A DNA stretch of 63,516 nt, counting the filler, from Diploschistes diacapsis (Eukaryota), in NCBI GenBank assembly GCA_023645945.1. It is 20 parts of 20 records of this genome, joined end to end, with 100 filler letters (N's around TTAATTAATTAA, not from the genome) between each part and the next. Parts side by side here need not be neighbours in the genome. Positions count along the whole stretch, not along the records: positions 35,869 to 55,652 come from JALAIB010000360.1; 19 more parts are not named here. One strand, given 5' to 3'. The notes beneath the pieces are model-generated. The model was not told the DNA's origin, did not search any database, and worked only from the letters and a program-made list of their open reading frames with translations. Made by a program: the position numbers and the translations under genes. How positions within the stretch are numbered: position 1 is the stretch's first letter; each line of letters begins with the position of its first letter. Below, piece after piece: positions 36,826 to 51,295 of this stretch.

Positions 36826-39255
36826 CTACCAGATCCTTACTCTATGCGAGATGTCGTACGGCCCTGCCGGGATATGTACATTCATATCCAATGCCTCGCC
36901 CAAGTACCCCAGATCCTCCGCTATCAGCATAGCCACCTTCTCGCCAATGAGCAGCGCCGTGCTGTACGTATTTGCACCCCACATTGTCCGGGCAGATCGA
37001 AAGATCAGCACACTTGAGACCCGTTGACGCCGTGCACGTTTAGACGCTCGTCCAGCACGCCGTGCTTGACAATCGAGTTTCCCTCATTGGGCGCTATCGA
37101 GCAGGTGCCGAGGGAGTGCCATGTAGTCTCGACGTGGCGTTTGACTGGCCGAGTGTTAATAACAGACATAAAGTATAGTCGTTGCTTACCCCATTCCTCG
37201 ATGGCTTTGATGTCCCTCTTGGTATACGGGAGATTCACCTGGACGGTGCACTGGCTGGAATTGAGATAGATGGCCTTGGGATCCTTGGGTTTCTCAATCA
37301 GGGACGGTCCAACTGCCGTGCTGGAGGCCGGCGGTAAGATGGTTCGGGCCACCGTAAGCCTTCGTTGTTTCGAGGTCCATGTCCCTGGCACAGGGCTGGC
37401 GAGTCATATGCGAAGAACGGGTGGTGGGAGGTCAACTCGCCAGCGTAGGCGTCCATCCGGCGAGACCTCTCTCGCGACTTGATGTAGCCCCAGACCAATG
37501 GGGCCATGTCTCGCTCGTCGTTCATAAAGTCGGCGTCAAAATCCGGGACCTCGTAAGGATCGGCGGACGAGATGTGAGTGGAGCCACGAGAAAAGGGGTA
37601 CTCGAGGAAATGGAATTGACTAAAATATTTTCCAGGTGGAACATCCATGTGGTCAACAAAGAAGCCAGCGAGAATCAGAATAATGCATGACTGGTTTGTC
37701 GGGCTTTTCCTTGAAATAGATGTCCCAGCCTGATCGGAACTGGTGGCAAGGCCAGTTGTCCATTTCCTTGAGTCTTCCTCCGTGGGCCGAATCTTGACGC
37801 CAGCTTCAATGCCGTTTGTACTTGCTGGTCCTCCGGTAATTCTCCACTCTTCCAACACCTTCTTCTGGACTTCTGGGTCACCTACGGATAATCCGTGGTA
37901 GGTGATTGAGAATGCAGATTAGCCTACCTCTAAGGAAATAACCGAATGACTCGGTCTCGGGTTTGGATCAGTAAGTTGAAAAGGTAAGATAGTGCTGGAA
38001 AGGTTAGATGTACTAGACTGTAGCCATTCTCGAATTGAATTCTGACATCTTGGAAGTCCAAGTCTACACCTGGTAGGTCGACCTTGGGCTCCACGCCAAC
38101 CTTTTTGAGCTTCTCTGGAGAACCAATGGTGTGCTCAGAATGCCCGAAGACACTAGAATCTGCTTGCCGGCCTTGAAGATGCGTTTCTGGCTCTGGAACA
38201 ATATAAGCAAAGGAGCCCGGTAGTTATTTGGCAAGACATAGCAGTATCTCCGTGGGGCCCAATGGCTTAGTGCGTAGCGTCTGAACTGCAACGGCTCGGT
38301 TGTTTTCATCAAGAATAGTATGGAATCAAAGCATGTCGAAAGGAACTACCTCAGCCCCGTAGCCTATTATTGTCAGAACTGTGAATATAAAGAAACTGAA
38401 GGCAACAACTGACCAGTTGTCAAGTCCTGGAGATTATCTGTGACCCGGATGCCCTGGGACTCGGCAGCCCTAAAGAAGTCCCATGTAATAGGATATGTGT
38501 AGTTGCCGAATGAGACTTTGATGGGCCCCTTGAAACGAAATTAGTACGGCTCCACGCCCTGGTTAAGAAATATACTTCGAAGCCATGGATATCCCCTGTA
38601 TGATGGTTAGCTCGATATCATCAAGGACATGTGGTAGATGGAAACCTACGGTTGCTGCATGCTTGTTGATATGTCTCGTGCTTGTTCATCAGAGGGAGGA
38701 GCTCCTTGGTACCCCATCCTTCGGCCTGGAAATCATCGTAGTCTGAACACTAGCCTAGTCCAGGTCAGAAGACTGTTGCTGTCAGCTCTCGATGTTCTCA
38801 CTTACCCTAGTGTACATTAGGGAAGTTTATCGATGAGCCACCCTCCAGAACATGGGCTGCGGGAACAACAGCACTGCGCCCTCCAAGCCCACTTGGAAGG
38901 TCGAGAATGATAGGAGGCTGACTTGGAATCCAACTTCATGTTTCTTGGGTAGACGCCCGGTGGAAACATCCTGAGTCAAGTAAGATTCTGCTATTGGATC
39001 CTTGAACACTGTATTCAACTGGGTTGTTGAGATTGTTCTCGCCTAAGAATTTTCAGTCGCAGGTGAGAAATGCACGAGGATCCTCATACCTGCTTCAATA
39101 AGAACGATTTTAAGTTGTGGTCCAGATTCGCAAGCCTTCCAGCAACCACGCATCCTGCCGAGCGGCCTCTGCAAACAACTTCCGTTATCAGATTAAGGAC
39201 GACGTCAACTTTCGGAATCAAATCTACTAATATCAAACTCCTCGGCTAGAGTCAT
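36826..39255 (-). pseudogene. AOX1: Alcohol (methanol) oxidase pseudogene, GMC oxidoreductase family
   Basis: MTLAEEFDI start, G(R)SAGCVVAGRLANLD, YPRNMKLDSK, GPIKVSFGNYTYP, FHFLEYPFSRGSTHI, HVETTWHSLGTC and GANTYSTALLIGEK. Several +1 frameshifts (near 38890, 37392, 37301, 37021). Confidence 0.88.
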
Positions 39256-40684
39256 GGTGGAACCCTAAGGGCTGTTCAATCTAGTATTTATTGTTATAGT
39301 CACATGGAAGTTGCATAGCATTAGACAAGCCGCTCGCAGGACATCCCTTCTCGAGCAAGGTCGAGGGAGTTATATAGACCATGACCCCACCTTTGAACCA
39401 GCTCGGAAGAGAGGAGAAGAGTGGGTTTCTTCAGCTTTCGAAACACATCCATCTCCTCGATATACACGACCGAAGCCAGCTTTCGAAGAGGTGGTCGCCA
39501 GTATCATAGGGACGGCAAAACACGGCGACCTAGAGTTGGGCCGAAAGAGACGATCGCCGCTGTCATGGCACGTAAAGAAGCAATTCAAGGGCCCTAACTC
39601 CCTGATTAAAGCTCCAAGCCTCGAGATCAGCGATGCATTGCCCCAATGCAGCGAAGGAAACGCGGTACGAGGTGCACCCGCGGAGAATTGACAAGGATTC
39701 TCCACATCCTTGGGAATGGTGGGTGGTATGTGGAGACTGGCATTCGAGACGATATGACTAGAATGGAGCAGAGAAGGCATCCATATGGAACAGCAGTGAC
39801 ACGGCAGCAACCTCGACAAGCCATACGAATGAGAAGGCACGTAATGGTGCGGGGTTTGAGGAGAAATGACAAGACATGCTTGCCTTCAATGCATGCCCTC
39901 AAATCTTTGATCTGGACCGGATGAAGGAAACTGAATAGAGTTAATGAAAAGGGATGGAATGCTCCGCAATTTGGGGCTTCGTGATCATCACACTCGCGGT
40001 GTTTTGCAATGGCTTCTCTGAATGCGTGGAACACCGCGGATCGAAATACACGGCCAACTATTGCCAGTTCCCAAGAGATAACGTGCTAAAGATGCAGTGG
40101 GTGATGAATGCTTTTGCCGTTGATGCGTAGAGGAAAACATTCCTGCAGACTCTCACAGCGCTGCTCCAAAAGTAGCAGGCATATTGTTACACTCACACGA
40201 ACAGAAACTGAAAACCCATAAGGTCTTGAAGAACAGAGAAGAGAAATCCACAAGGAAACCATTGGGAAAAGCAGCACATATATTAGCAATTTCTACCTAA
40301 GTAGCCTTGTATCAACCGTTAGATGCATAACTGTAGGAACGTGGATATGAGAAGGTCATGCTAAAACTGCATGAATACGGGATATACGGCCCATCGAGCA
40401 GACTACCGAAAAGAAAAAGGCGCAGCGCGACAAGTATGTGGTTGGACATAGATGCCCATGGGTAGTTCAGGTACTGGAACAAATTCGTACTATGACAAGT
40501 CAAAACAGTGCATATTAGGACATGTGCACCGAAGCCCGTCCGTGTGCGTATAAAAACAATAGAGCACCATGCTTCCATCGCTGAGTCGATGCAGAGTATA
40601 TCCGGATATGCCATTGCACATGCATCTCAATTCCATAACCATCGGCGGAAGAAGTCAACGCAACCCTGCAGGGGATTGCTGGTG

Positions 40685-43578
40685 CTAAAATCGGACATGA
40701 AACCGCTTGGGCTTCTCATCCGGTGGTGATTCACTGTCCTTAGCAGCCGAGGGTTCCTGGTCAACCGATAGCGCCGGCTGCTCGGTCGAGGGTTGCGCTG
40801 CTTGCGTCCGAGGGACATCGTCGACTTCCTGTTGGCTCGAAGCATCGGCTTTGCTCGTCTCTTCCCTATCCTGGACTACCGCATGGTCTGCTGCCTCGTC
40901 TTGTTTCGTAACTTCCTCGGCTGCCTTTGCGCTTTCCGTCTGCTGAGTCTCTTCGCTCTTGGGATTCTCCGTCTCTGACGGAGGCGTCAATATTTCTACC
41001 TGCTTGAAGTCGGTGTCTGATCCGCTAATATTACTCGAGCCCGACGTATCGCCAGCAACAGGCGGTAAGTTGCCGATAGGGAAACTTTGCCGGCTTACAA
41101 TAACTCCAGGGCCTTTTGGTTTGTCCGGACCGATTGCACTCAGCTTTACCATCGCCTTGCGCGTGAGGAGGCGCAAGCCAACCGTTGCGATGGCATTCCA
41201 GTCACTGTCTTTCTTTTTTGGGGTTTCTTCAACCGCGTCAGTAGCCTTGTCCTCGGGCTGCGCTGTTATAGGATTTTCGACGGGCGGGTCCGTTGATACA
41301 ACGGCCTCTTCTCTCAGGTCTTTGACATCTTCCATGCTGCGATAGCCTGGAGTGGGAGGCGCCTCCATAGCATCTGTGTTTTCAGGTTGAGCAGACTGCT
41401 TTGGCGTCTCCTCCTTTGCAGAAGCTGATTGCGAAACTTCCTTGAGAGACTTCGTAGTTCTCTCCTCGTCGCCTAAGCCACTCTTCATAAAGGCCAGATT
41501 ATATTTCTTGGCAATCTGGATAAACTTGGTGGTATTCTGCTGGAGAAAAGTCTTTGCTGCATCCTTGACGGGCGCTCGTGGTTGATCCATGGTTGCTTTA
41601 ATTCTGAGGTGTAGGCTGTAAGTCCCTGCGCGAAGATCGAGCTCGGCATTCACGCTACGACATGTGTTGTAGCTGCTGCTTGACCGAGCCAAAATCTCAC
41701 CTTCTCCATCCTTTTCAAGTCGGAATTCGAGTGTGAACCCGTATTGCCCTTCTAGACCTCTGAGAGATGTTCAGTTCAATCGCCAGGGGGGGGGGGGCAA
41801 ACGTGGATTCAATTAACATGCTTGACGTACCTGATGTACCGATCATCGAGTTGAGAAAGAGAGATGACAGTGCGGTCATCTTGATCCAAGGTGAAGACGA
41901 ACTTGGTTTCATTGAACCTAAATTGCCGAGGGATGGAAAAGTTTACCCAGCATTGAGCACACGACCAATCGGGGCCGATCAGTCTTGTACGGTCAAATAA
42001 CTGGAACTTGCGGAGAAGATCCCTGTCTGGGGGCCCGCGTTAGCGAATATACTACGTTGGAGGGAGGGTCGCGTGGTTGTTCTTACAAGACATCCAAAAT
42101 ATGCCATCATCACCGAATCTATGGCCAAGCTTCTGCATCAGATCAATGGTCCACTCTTTGCTCCCATCAGAGTAAGGCCCAGTCCATTCGCTGTTACCCC
42201 AAGGGTTCCGCACAAGGACCAGTCGCTGTGGCGAGCCGTCAATGACCAGCTCCTGTGCCTTCATTACAGAATACGCATGGCAGCTGTGAAGGCCCTGGGA
42301 TTCACCTTTGCTATTTGGCCAACTGGGCGTCCAGCAACCAAATATGTATTCCTGATTGCAGTGAAGGAGCTCTTCCCACATCCTGTCCAGGTCAAGGATG
42401 TCCTCAGTCTTAATCTCTGTAGTGATACCGCCAGTCAGATCCTCGATAGCCTCGCCGGTGAACCCACCTTCGATTGCCTGGTAATCACCGTGAGCTTTAG
42501 CATACGCTTTTTCGAGGAGCGGTAGCCAGGTTTCGTTCTCGTCACGGCACTGTGAAAAATAGAGAGCATCCGCACCGCTTAGAAAAGTATTCGTGTACTT
42601 TTCTTCATCCATGCTTCTGAGAAGTCTTGCCTCGAAAGCATTTCCCCAGTAGCTTGGCGCTGCAGCGTCTGTGGAATTCTCCAGGTTGAGGCGACCCTGT
42701 ACCGGGTTTCGGCAGTACAAAAAGTCGTCTACAATTTCATATATCCATTCTCCATCTACGACGGTGAGCTCTCTCATATCCGCAATCAAGGGTGCGTCCT
42801 TACCCCGGTGGAAAACAAATCCGTATACACCCACTTTCTCATCACCATCCACGTGCACGTAATTGTGGTGCAAACCTTCCTTGAGGTTGGTCAAAGCAGC
42901 CACTGCTGCCAGAAACCAGCAATCGCCACCTGTACCCTGCCGCACGTCGTCTGCCTTTGCACCGTTGACGAAGAGCTTTGGCGAAGGGAAGATCTGTCGA
43001 GTGCGGGCTACAGACTGGGGAGGGGGAGAGTAAGGGTCTCCCTCCGGGTCAGGGACCAAGCTGCGAAGACAAACATCCTGATCGTCAAGCGCAAACTCAG
43101 GGTCTCGGAACTTCTGGTTTTTGCGCTCGCAGTCCTCTATGATGGACTTGACTTTCTCGCGGCACCGCTCCACGGCTGCATCATAGCTGCTAATCGCCTT
43201 CTTGGATACAATCTCCTCTTCAATCTCCTCACAGAACCACCTCTCAGCAACATCGTTCTCGGGTAAAATCCCCACGACCTTGCCGTTACGTTTGGATATG
43301 ACAAGCTTCCACTGGTCCTCACTGACTGTGTCAACCGGCTTTTCAGGGGCTGCTTCCACCTTTTGAGGAAAGTTTTCAACAATTTTCCTAGCCACGGCTG
43401 CGTTGTTCTCGAGCCATCGCGGGAGGTCTTCCAACGTCATGGCCTGGTCCGACGAACCCTGAGTTGCCATACCCCCAATTAAGGAGGTCATGACCGATAC
43501 CATGTAGGAAAGTGTCTTGTCCATGTCGATACGCTGGCCAACGCCCTCCATGGGCGGTCTGCTGTTGTCTTCCGTCAT
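40685..43578 (-). CDS. Calpain-like cysteine protease (peptidase C2) with domain III and an acidic low-complexity tail, multi-exon
   Basis: Catalytic triad contexts QGTGGDCWFLAA, HSCHAYSV and RNPWG; also WLPLLEKAYAKAHG and SQLDDRYI R|GLEGQY across an intron. Confidence 0.92.
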
Positions 43579-44331
43579 CCTTTATGGCCGCGTCGTACAG
43601 AAATGACGGTACAGAAATGACGGACTACGTGACTAAGCTCTGTGCGCGGCAGTACCGGGATGGAGAGCTAATAATGTACAAAGGCTATTATTCACCTAGA
43701 TTGAATGCAACAGAAAAGAAAAAGCTTTACCTGGGCGGATGTATGTAGAAGAAAGAAGATATTGAAATGAAGCACAAGGGTTGGTGGCTGCATGAATATA
43801 TTCTTCAGCTTAGCGTTATAGTACTGTATGCGATCGGTGGAAAGCTTAACCGCTTCTGTCAGCAGGCTCGGCTGAAAGAGAAGGGCTTCGACCGTGCCAC
43901 AGGGAGGGCCAATGCCCCATAGATTCGTGAATGGGCGATGCATCATCAATCATTAATGCAAGGCTGTGAGACTGTTAGACGTGTCGTAGTGGATAGACTA
44001 TCTACTAGTAGCAGAGAAAAGAGGAGAGAGAAAAGAGGCTTAGCAATAAGAACCCTAGAGTGTGGGGGCCAAAAAGGTACGGTACGGTACGAATAACGTA
44101 TTCCACCACACAACGGAGCACAATCCCTGCACCTTCGTAAAGTGTATTTCTTAAAGGCGGAAGAACGGGGTAGTGTAGTTGAGAACAGATTTAGCTTCGT
44201 GCAAATATGGAAGCGCTCGACCTAGCGCAATTACATTATAGTGTATGACCCGTTTCCTGGTGAAACACGTTAAGCCTCATGCTTGCTTATTCAGCGCACT
44301 CAATTAAACCTTGAATTGAAGTCCCTTGTGT

Positions 44332-44412
44332 GGCAGCATTGCCGAATGGTGAAGGCAATTAATTGCTGACAACCCTTTTGAAAGGTCGTGGATTCGACTC
44401 CCACTGCTGCCA
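44332..44412 (+). tRNA. Degenerate type-II (Leu/Ser-like) tRNA gene, pseudogene or SINE head
   Basis: Acceptor stem GGCAGCA/TGCTGCC plus A73, A-box-like TTGCCGAATGGTGAAGGC, variable hairpin CCTTT-TG-AAAGG and T-arm GTGGATTCGACTCCCAC. The anticodon stem does not pair, and there is no oligo-T terminator. Confidence 0.6.
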
Positions 44413-46837
44413 CCCTGCCCACCAACCACTCCGAACATTCTTCACTCCAGGCTTAGTAACCTGGCCTAATCCTAAAGCGGCTAAATCCCGTTGCGACAAC
44501 TCGACAGCTCGACACAGAGTCTTTCTAAACCCAGACATCCAACATGATTTGAGATCTTTGCTCACTACCTTTGAAGGTCAGTCCGGAGCAGAGCCCAGGG
44601 AGAAGAGGTAGAATCTGTACCTTCTCTGACAGTCTGACCTGACACTCGATGCCGCTCTTCTGTTGGGCTTGGCACGCAAAAATCTTTGGATCCGACAAGT
44701 GACGTCGTGTTGCCGAGCCTCAGATTCAGACTACATCCTGGGGAAGAGTCTAGCACGACAGCCACGGGCACCCACCACCACCAGCGCTGCCCGAGCTTCG
44801 GAGACAAAGTCTCGGGCGCTTGGATGAGGATGAAGGGGAGTCTTCTTCGCAGGCCGGGGTTAAAGGCATGTTTTTTGGAACTCCAAGTCTCTTCTCCTGT
44901 GCTTGGTAGCGTCACTTATGTCCGCTTACTTCGCCTCGCGTTTTGGGACACCCCAGAGCCGTTGATGGTATCTACTGCGGCTATGAGATGCTGCGTATTG
45001 TAGGAACAAAAGCATGGAAGTGCTGCAAAGCCATTGCTGAATGAATGCCACTTCACGAAGCCCAACGACATCCGTAACCGCCCATGGGTGTGAAGATATA
45101 AGATACTCTTCAAAGCTGGACATTAGGGGAGGCACATCTGACTGACTGAAGAATCTGGCCCAACGCGTAGAGATGCTCTGGCAGAGCTGAAATCCTGTTG
45201 TTTATCTGTTTACCTTCGAGTAGAAGTTTTTGTATGCGGCTACCCATGTCAAGGACCAGATTGTTTCCCCTTGAACACACATTTTTTTTACTGGTTTCCA
45301 CTCTCTGTTGACGTGGTCTCTTCTTCATAGCAGTCATTCCATCTTGCCCACAGCTTTTACTATACCATCATCGACTTTGCACTACCGGCGGGTTTTCCGA
45401 CCGCTCTTCGTGCATTCCATAAGTCACTGGTTCGTCTAATCCATACTAGATACACAAACCCTTGGATCATGAGGATCTCCGTGGTTAACAGTCTTCTATC
45501 GTCCGGAATCAATAATCTGGGAAGTTCTCAATTAGCCGGCCAAGTTCGCAGGAGAAACGGAGCTCGAAAGTGAAGTTCGGGGGCTCCGCTCCCTTCTAGC
45601 TGAGCTTGTTGCACGAATTGCCATCACGATCCTCCGTCGCTGGAAGCCAGGCTCTGTCACCCTGGCAGAATGTACAGAAGACCCGAACGAACTCGAGGAG
45701 CAATGAGTCTCCTGATATGCGGGCAGCGCGGATATGTTCCTACTGCTCTTAGAGACCAAAGGCCTTGGCGCTAATGGCCGTACTGTGTTGCTCTCAATCG
45801 TTTTTTGTTCGAACACATGCCCGAGAGGCGTCAGGGCATCAGTAAATGCTTGGTGTGACTAGATAGCATTCATCTTGCCTTCTGTTTATCTCGAACCACT
45901 ACTGAGCGGTCAACACTTAGAAAATAGCTCATATGCTCTTCTCCTTGAAGATAGAAAGAAATTTCGTGAAGGTATCCCTACTCTAGTATCACAAAGTATG
46001 CAAAGCACATAACTTCGAGTGATTTTTATTTTATGACATACATGGAAGTTTTCGTACTTTGCGTAGCTATCGGTTCAAGGTGCTAGAATGTAGGAGAAGG
46101 GAAGGAGAAAGATTTAGACCGGAAGAAACACAGCAAACTGATCCCTACAGTTTACTCTATAGCAACCCTAGAAGATTATTAGTACCACCGTCACTACTGC
46201 AGTGTCGAAAGAGCAAGCTCAATCAAAAGACTTCATAATTATGAGTCATAGCTCGAAACGTTCCATTTATTTCTGCATATTGAAGTCATCTAAAAATATC
46301 TTCTTTGTAAAGACTTAGCTGCTAATTGCGAATATAAATTTTAGAAACGTCCTATTTTAGAAACGTCGTATGAGTGTGATTGTTGGTAAGGATTTTTAAT
46401 ATACTTAAAAGAGTAACAAGACGCCGGCAGGGCTGGGGAATAGATTTGCCGATCAGCATAACTATCTCCGAGAAACCCCAAGGTTTAACTGCATAGGGAT
46501 TCTTTCAGTTTAGGTCAATAAAGCGTCCATTTATAGCAAACGTAGCCCATAGCTACACACCTCTCACCATGTATTAAACATTAATCAATCATCATCTTGC
46601 CTTAAACCCTGCCTCAGCTCATCAAAGCTTTTAGATCCGGTCTGAGCTTTGTTATTAGCCAAGACTATCTTCCATTTTCCTTCCTCCGATTGTTTGGCTT
46701 ACTTTTTTTTTAAAAAACAAAGAGCAAATGTAATATTCGTCTTGAACTTGCTTCACTCGCTTTCCTTTAATTGAAATGTTGTCCAAATTCTGAATAAATA
46801 TTCTCTTTAGCTCGTCATTGTGGGACGCGCCAAAGCT

Positions 46838-47634
46838 ATGAAACGATCGCACGAGATAGATATCAAAACAGAGCCTGTTTCGAAGGCCAGGAGAATGAGC
46901 AATAGCGAACAGCCTCAGAGTGAGAGCAGCCGTGGTCATGAGAACCAGCTCGAAGCAGCACCAGCGTCTTCACTGGGACGGTAGGCATAAGCTCGCGTTG
47001 TCTACCGTATTGAGGGCTAAGGATCCGCAGATCTTCTCACTATGCTTCTTCACAGCTTGTCATGATCAAGGTTGGCAAGGATGAGGTGGAATTGCTCTCA
47101 CACAAAGGGTATCTCGAGAAACAATCGGCGCTGTTTTCCGGGTGGCTTCAGAACCGACCTCAAGATTGCCCAAATTTCGCTATCCAGTTGCCGGACGAGA
47201 TACCGGATACTGTTGGCTTCTTTCTAGATTGGCTTTACCGCTCTGATCTTCCACTTAGCAAGGACGATAAGTCGTTTACAGCTGACAACCTTGACAACCT
47301 TGCCAGCATGTATTTGTTCGCACTCCGCTACGAGGTCACGACACTAAAAAGGGACATACAGTGTAGATTGGAAGCAGACTGTTCGAAATGGTCGCAGGAG
47401 TGTGAAGGAGAGTTTCCCGATAGGGCATTGACACGCTTATGGAACATGACTGATGGTCAGGATCCCATGCGAGAAGTGATGATTAACGGGCTCGTTAAAT
47501 ATGTCGACAACTCTTATTATGTTCACGCACGTAAGATTGGAAGTGTCAAACATACTCATGGGAATCTTGCCGCGCTTCCAGCCGATCTTCTAGCGCATGT
47601 TGCGATCAAGTTGTGTGGCTCTAGAAGATGGTAG
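46838..47634 (+). CDS. BTB/POZ domain protein (intron 46981-47030)
   Basis: VMIKVGKD..HKGYLEKQSALF, IQLPDEIPDTVGFFLDWLY and LASMYLFALRYEVTTLK. The upstream exon splices in frame. Confidence 0.8.
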
Positions 47635-47993
47635 TCGCAAATTGTTAGACAGCAAAGAGACAAGATTATAGTGCCGCATCCGGTAGAAGCGTCCAATTTG
47701 ACCATGGGAAACTAAGTAGGGGTGGACAAGTCTAGATATCGGTATCAGCATGCAGCTCCTACTCTAGCAATTTGCTAGGTGATAGTCTCTGAACCATTGC
47801 AGAATGGGCCCTATTAAGTGCCAATGCATGACTTAAAGTTGCATATGGATAGTAGCTAAAGGTCGTCCTTACAGGCTGTGTGGTTGGCGGCTTGCACGAG
47901 AAGTCAAACTGATCAGGTGATACCGCGACTCTATTGCAGGGATTAGACGCGACTGGCAAGTTGCAACTCCAATAGGTCTTCATCATCAGTAAC

Positions 47994-48600
47994 ATGCCTC
48001 CCACAACTCGCAGAGCCCTCCAACAACACCACCGTGCAAGCCAATGGGCAAACGTAAGCGTACAGATAGTGGGACTTGCTGCTGAGGTTGCTTCGTGTCA
48101 CATAAAGTCTGAAGACGACGAACCTCCACCAAAAGGGTATTTGTACTGTGCACTTCGAGGTTTTCAGGCAGCTGATTGACATCACCTAGCGATGCCCGAT
48201 ATATGTCTTTGGCAATCTTCAAAATCGAGGTCGGCGCTGATAAGACCGAGTATGCAGTACACAGAGCGCCGTTGGAGAGAGAGCCCAAGTACTTCCACGC
48301 CGCACTGAAAGAGAACTTCGTCTAGGGTAGAGAAGGCGCCATTCGACTACCGGAAGAAAGCTCGGACACAACATACTATTTTCTCAATTGGGCATACCCG
48401 CACCAGCACTTGAACGAGCACGATTTTGAAGCAAGTAATATGGTCCCATTTTCCAACCCGGATCTCCTCGCTAGGCTCTGTATTTTTGCGGACCGCTACC
48501 ATGTCAAAGCATGAGGGAGCACATCTTGCAACGAATGGCAACCCAAGAAGCATATTGAGGGTCCCATGTTCGAGAAGCATCTTCTACCAGAAAAATCGAC
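47994..48600 (+). pseudogene. BTB/POZ domain pseudogene
   Basis: FKIEVGADKTEYAVHRAPL..KYFHAALKENFV*GREGAIRLPEE..YFLNWAY..LARLCIFADRYHVKA, with a premature TAG at 48323-48325 and a further disruption near 48512. The 3' end is approximate. Confidence 0.72.
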
Positions 48601-49391
48601 AGTAAAGTTCGAACGGTTTTGGTAAATAGCTTGTGCCGCTACATGACCTTTTTTCCTGGGGAGCAAGCACTATACTGGTGTCATAGCAACCTCTCGAGTT
48701 GAAAGTCGAAGCGCCTAAACTTTCAGAATTCGCACCACAGCTCCCGGCTCATGTGCTCTGTAAGCGAAGTGAAAATATCGAGCGCTGGTCTATACCGAAG
48801 CCGAGTTGAACATCAAGCGCCTTGTAAATACATGAGCCAATACCAGCAGAGTTCGATCCATGGCTTCCCCTTGCAGCTATCTACTTATCTACTTTCCGCT
48901 GCTTCAGCTTTGGAGGCACCTATGACTCCGGATCGTCAGGGGAGAGCCAATGCCCACTCGCAAGGTTCTTGGGGTTCTAGAAATGGCATCCGAACCTTCA
49001 ATAGCTCAAACAAAGTGAGCTTAGTGGAAACAGCTCCATATTTTCAGATGTTGGTATTCACGAAGCTCTATCGTGCAGCTTGAGACTAACTGTTTATTAG
49101 GATACTTTCACCATAGTAGCTTATAGTAGCGTGAGCATGCAATTACAAGGGCACAATGACCAATTTTACGGACCTATTCGCTCATGGCGGTTTGATGTAA
49201 ATCGAGCATTTACAACTGGCTAGGTTTCAATAAAGGTATGAGCCACATGAGGCAGAAAAAGAAACAACAGTTGCTGTGGGCAAGCAATCGCAGCAATAGA
49301 GGACAATTTCACAGAACCTCCGAGCAATTGTCGCTGCTTCACCATGCTCATTACTTATTTACATGCTATATGCCTAGAAAAGTCGGGTACG

Positions 49392-50653
<1,262 letters not shown>

Positions 50654-51295
50654 AACAGTTGACGTAGTTATAAGATGGTATCAACTATGCATTGAATCTG
50701 GACGATCGGCTTCAAAACTTCCAGACTTTGTCAGAACAAAGAACCGATAATGCCCAGTGTGTTAATTGGTGTTTCCAAGCCTGAAGAATGCAGTCTACGT
50801 AGAGCACCTCGGCAAGACCGCTTATTACCCGTGATGACAGCCAAATTAGTCTTGCTTTACCGAGAAGTAAGCCAATAACTTCTTGATGGGCCAGTACAAG
50901 AGCAAAAGTTACTCATGTGTAGATACAACCGCATGATCTCTTTAAACCGTGTCGCTGAAATAGTCATTGTGGTGAATCAGCCTAACTGTTCTATCGAATC
51001 GAGTGGGCATTGTTCCCTAGGTTCTATCTCTTGTAGCACGCTAGAAGAAACTCCCAGACTTCCTATTACCCGTACATATAATCAAGTAATATAATATCTA
51101 AGAAAGCCATTTGCTCGCATTTTACGGGCATACCAGCGAACACACATACCATGGCATACCATAATTGACCAGTGACTGATACTACCGGTGCCAAGAGCGA
51201 ATCCGGAGGACACCAAAGAGCACTACACACGCCTATATTACCGAAATACTCGTTCCCAACCAGCGCTTCGGACTCTTGAACCCTTCTTTGCTTAT

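Noticed and set aside
39311..40614. Cluster of 60-156 aa ORFs between the alcohol oxidase pseudogene and the calpain gene
   Set aside because: Mutually overlapping on both strands, mostly non-ATG starts, with no recognisable domains or splice-consistent model.
44330..44413. Selenocysteine tRNA (9-bp acceptor stem, long variable arm)
   Set aside because: No TCA anticodon, and the D-arm has a canonical large loop rather than the Sec 6-bp stem with 4-nt loop.
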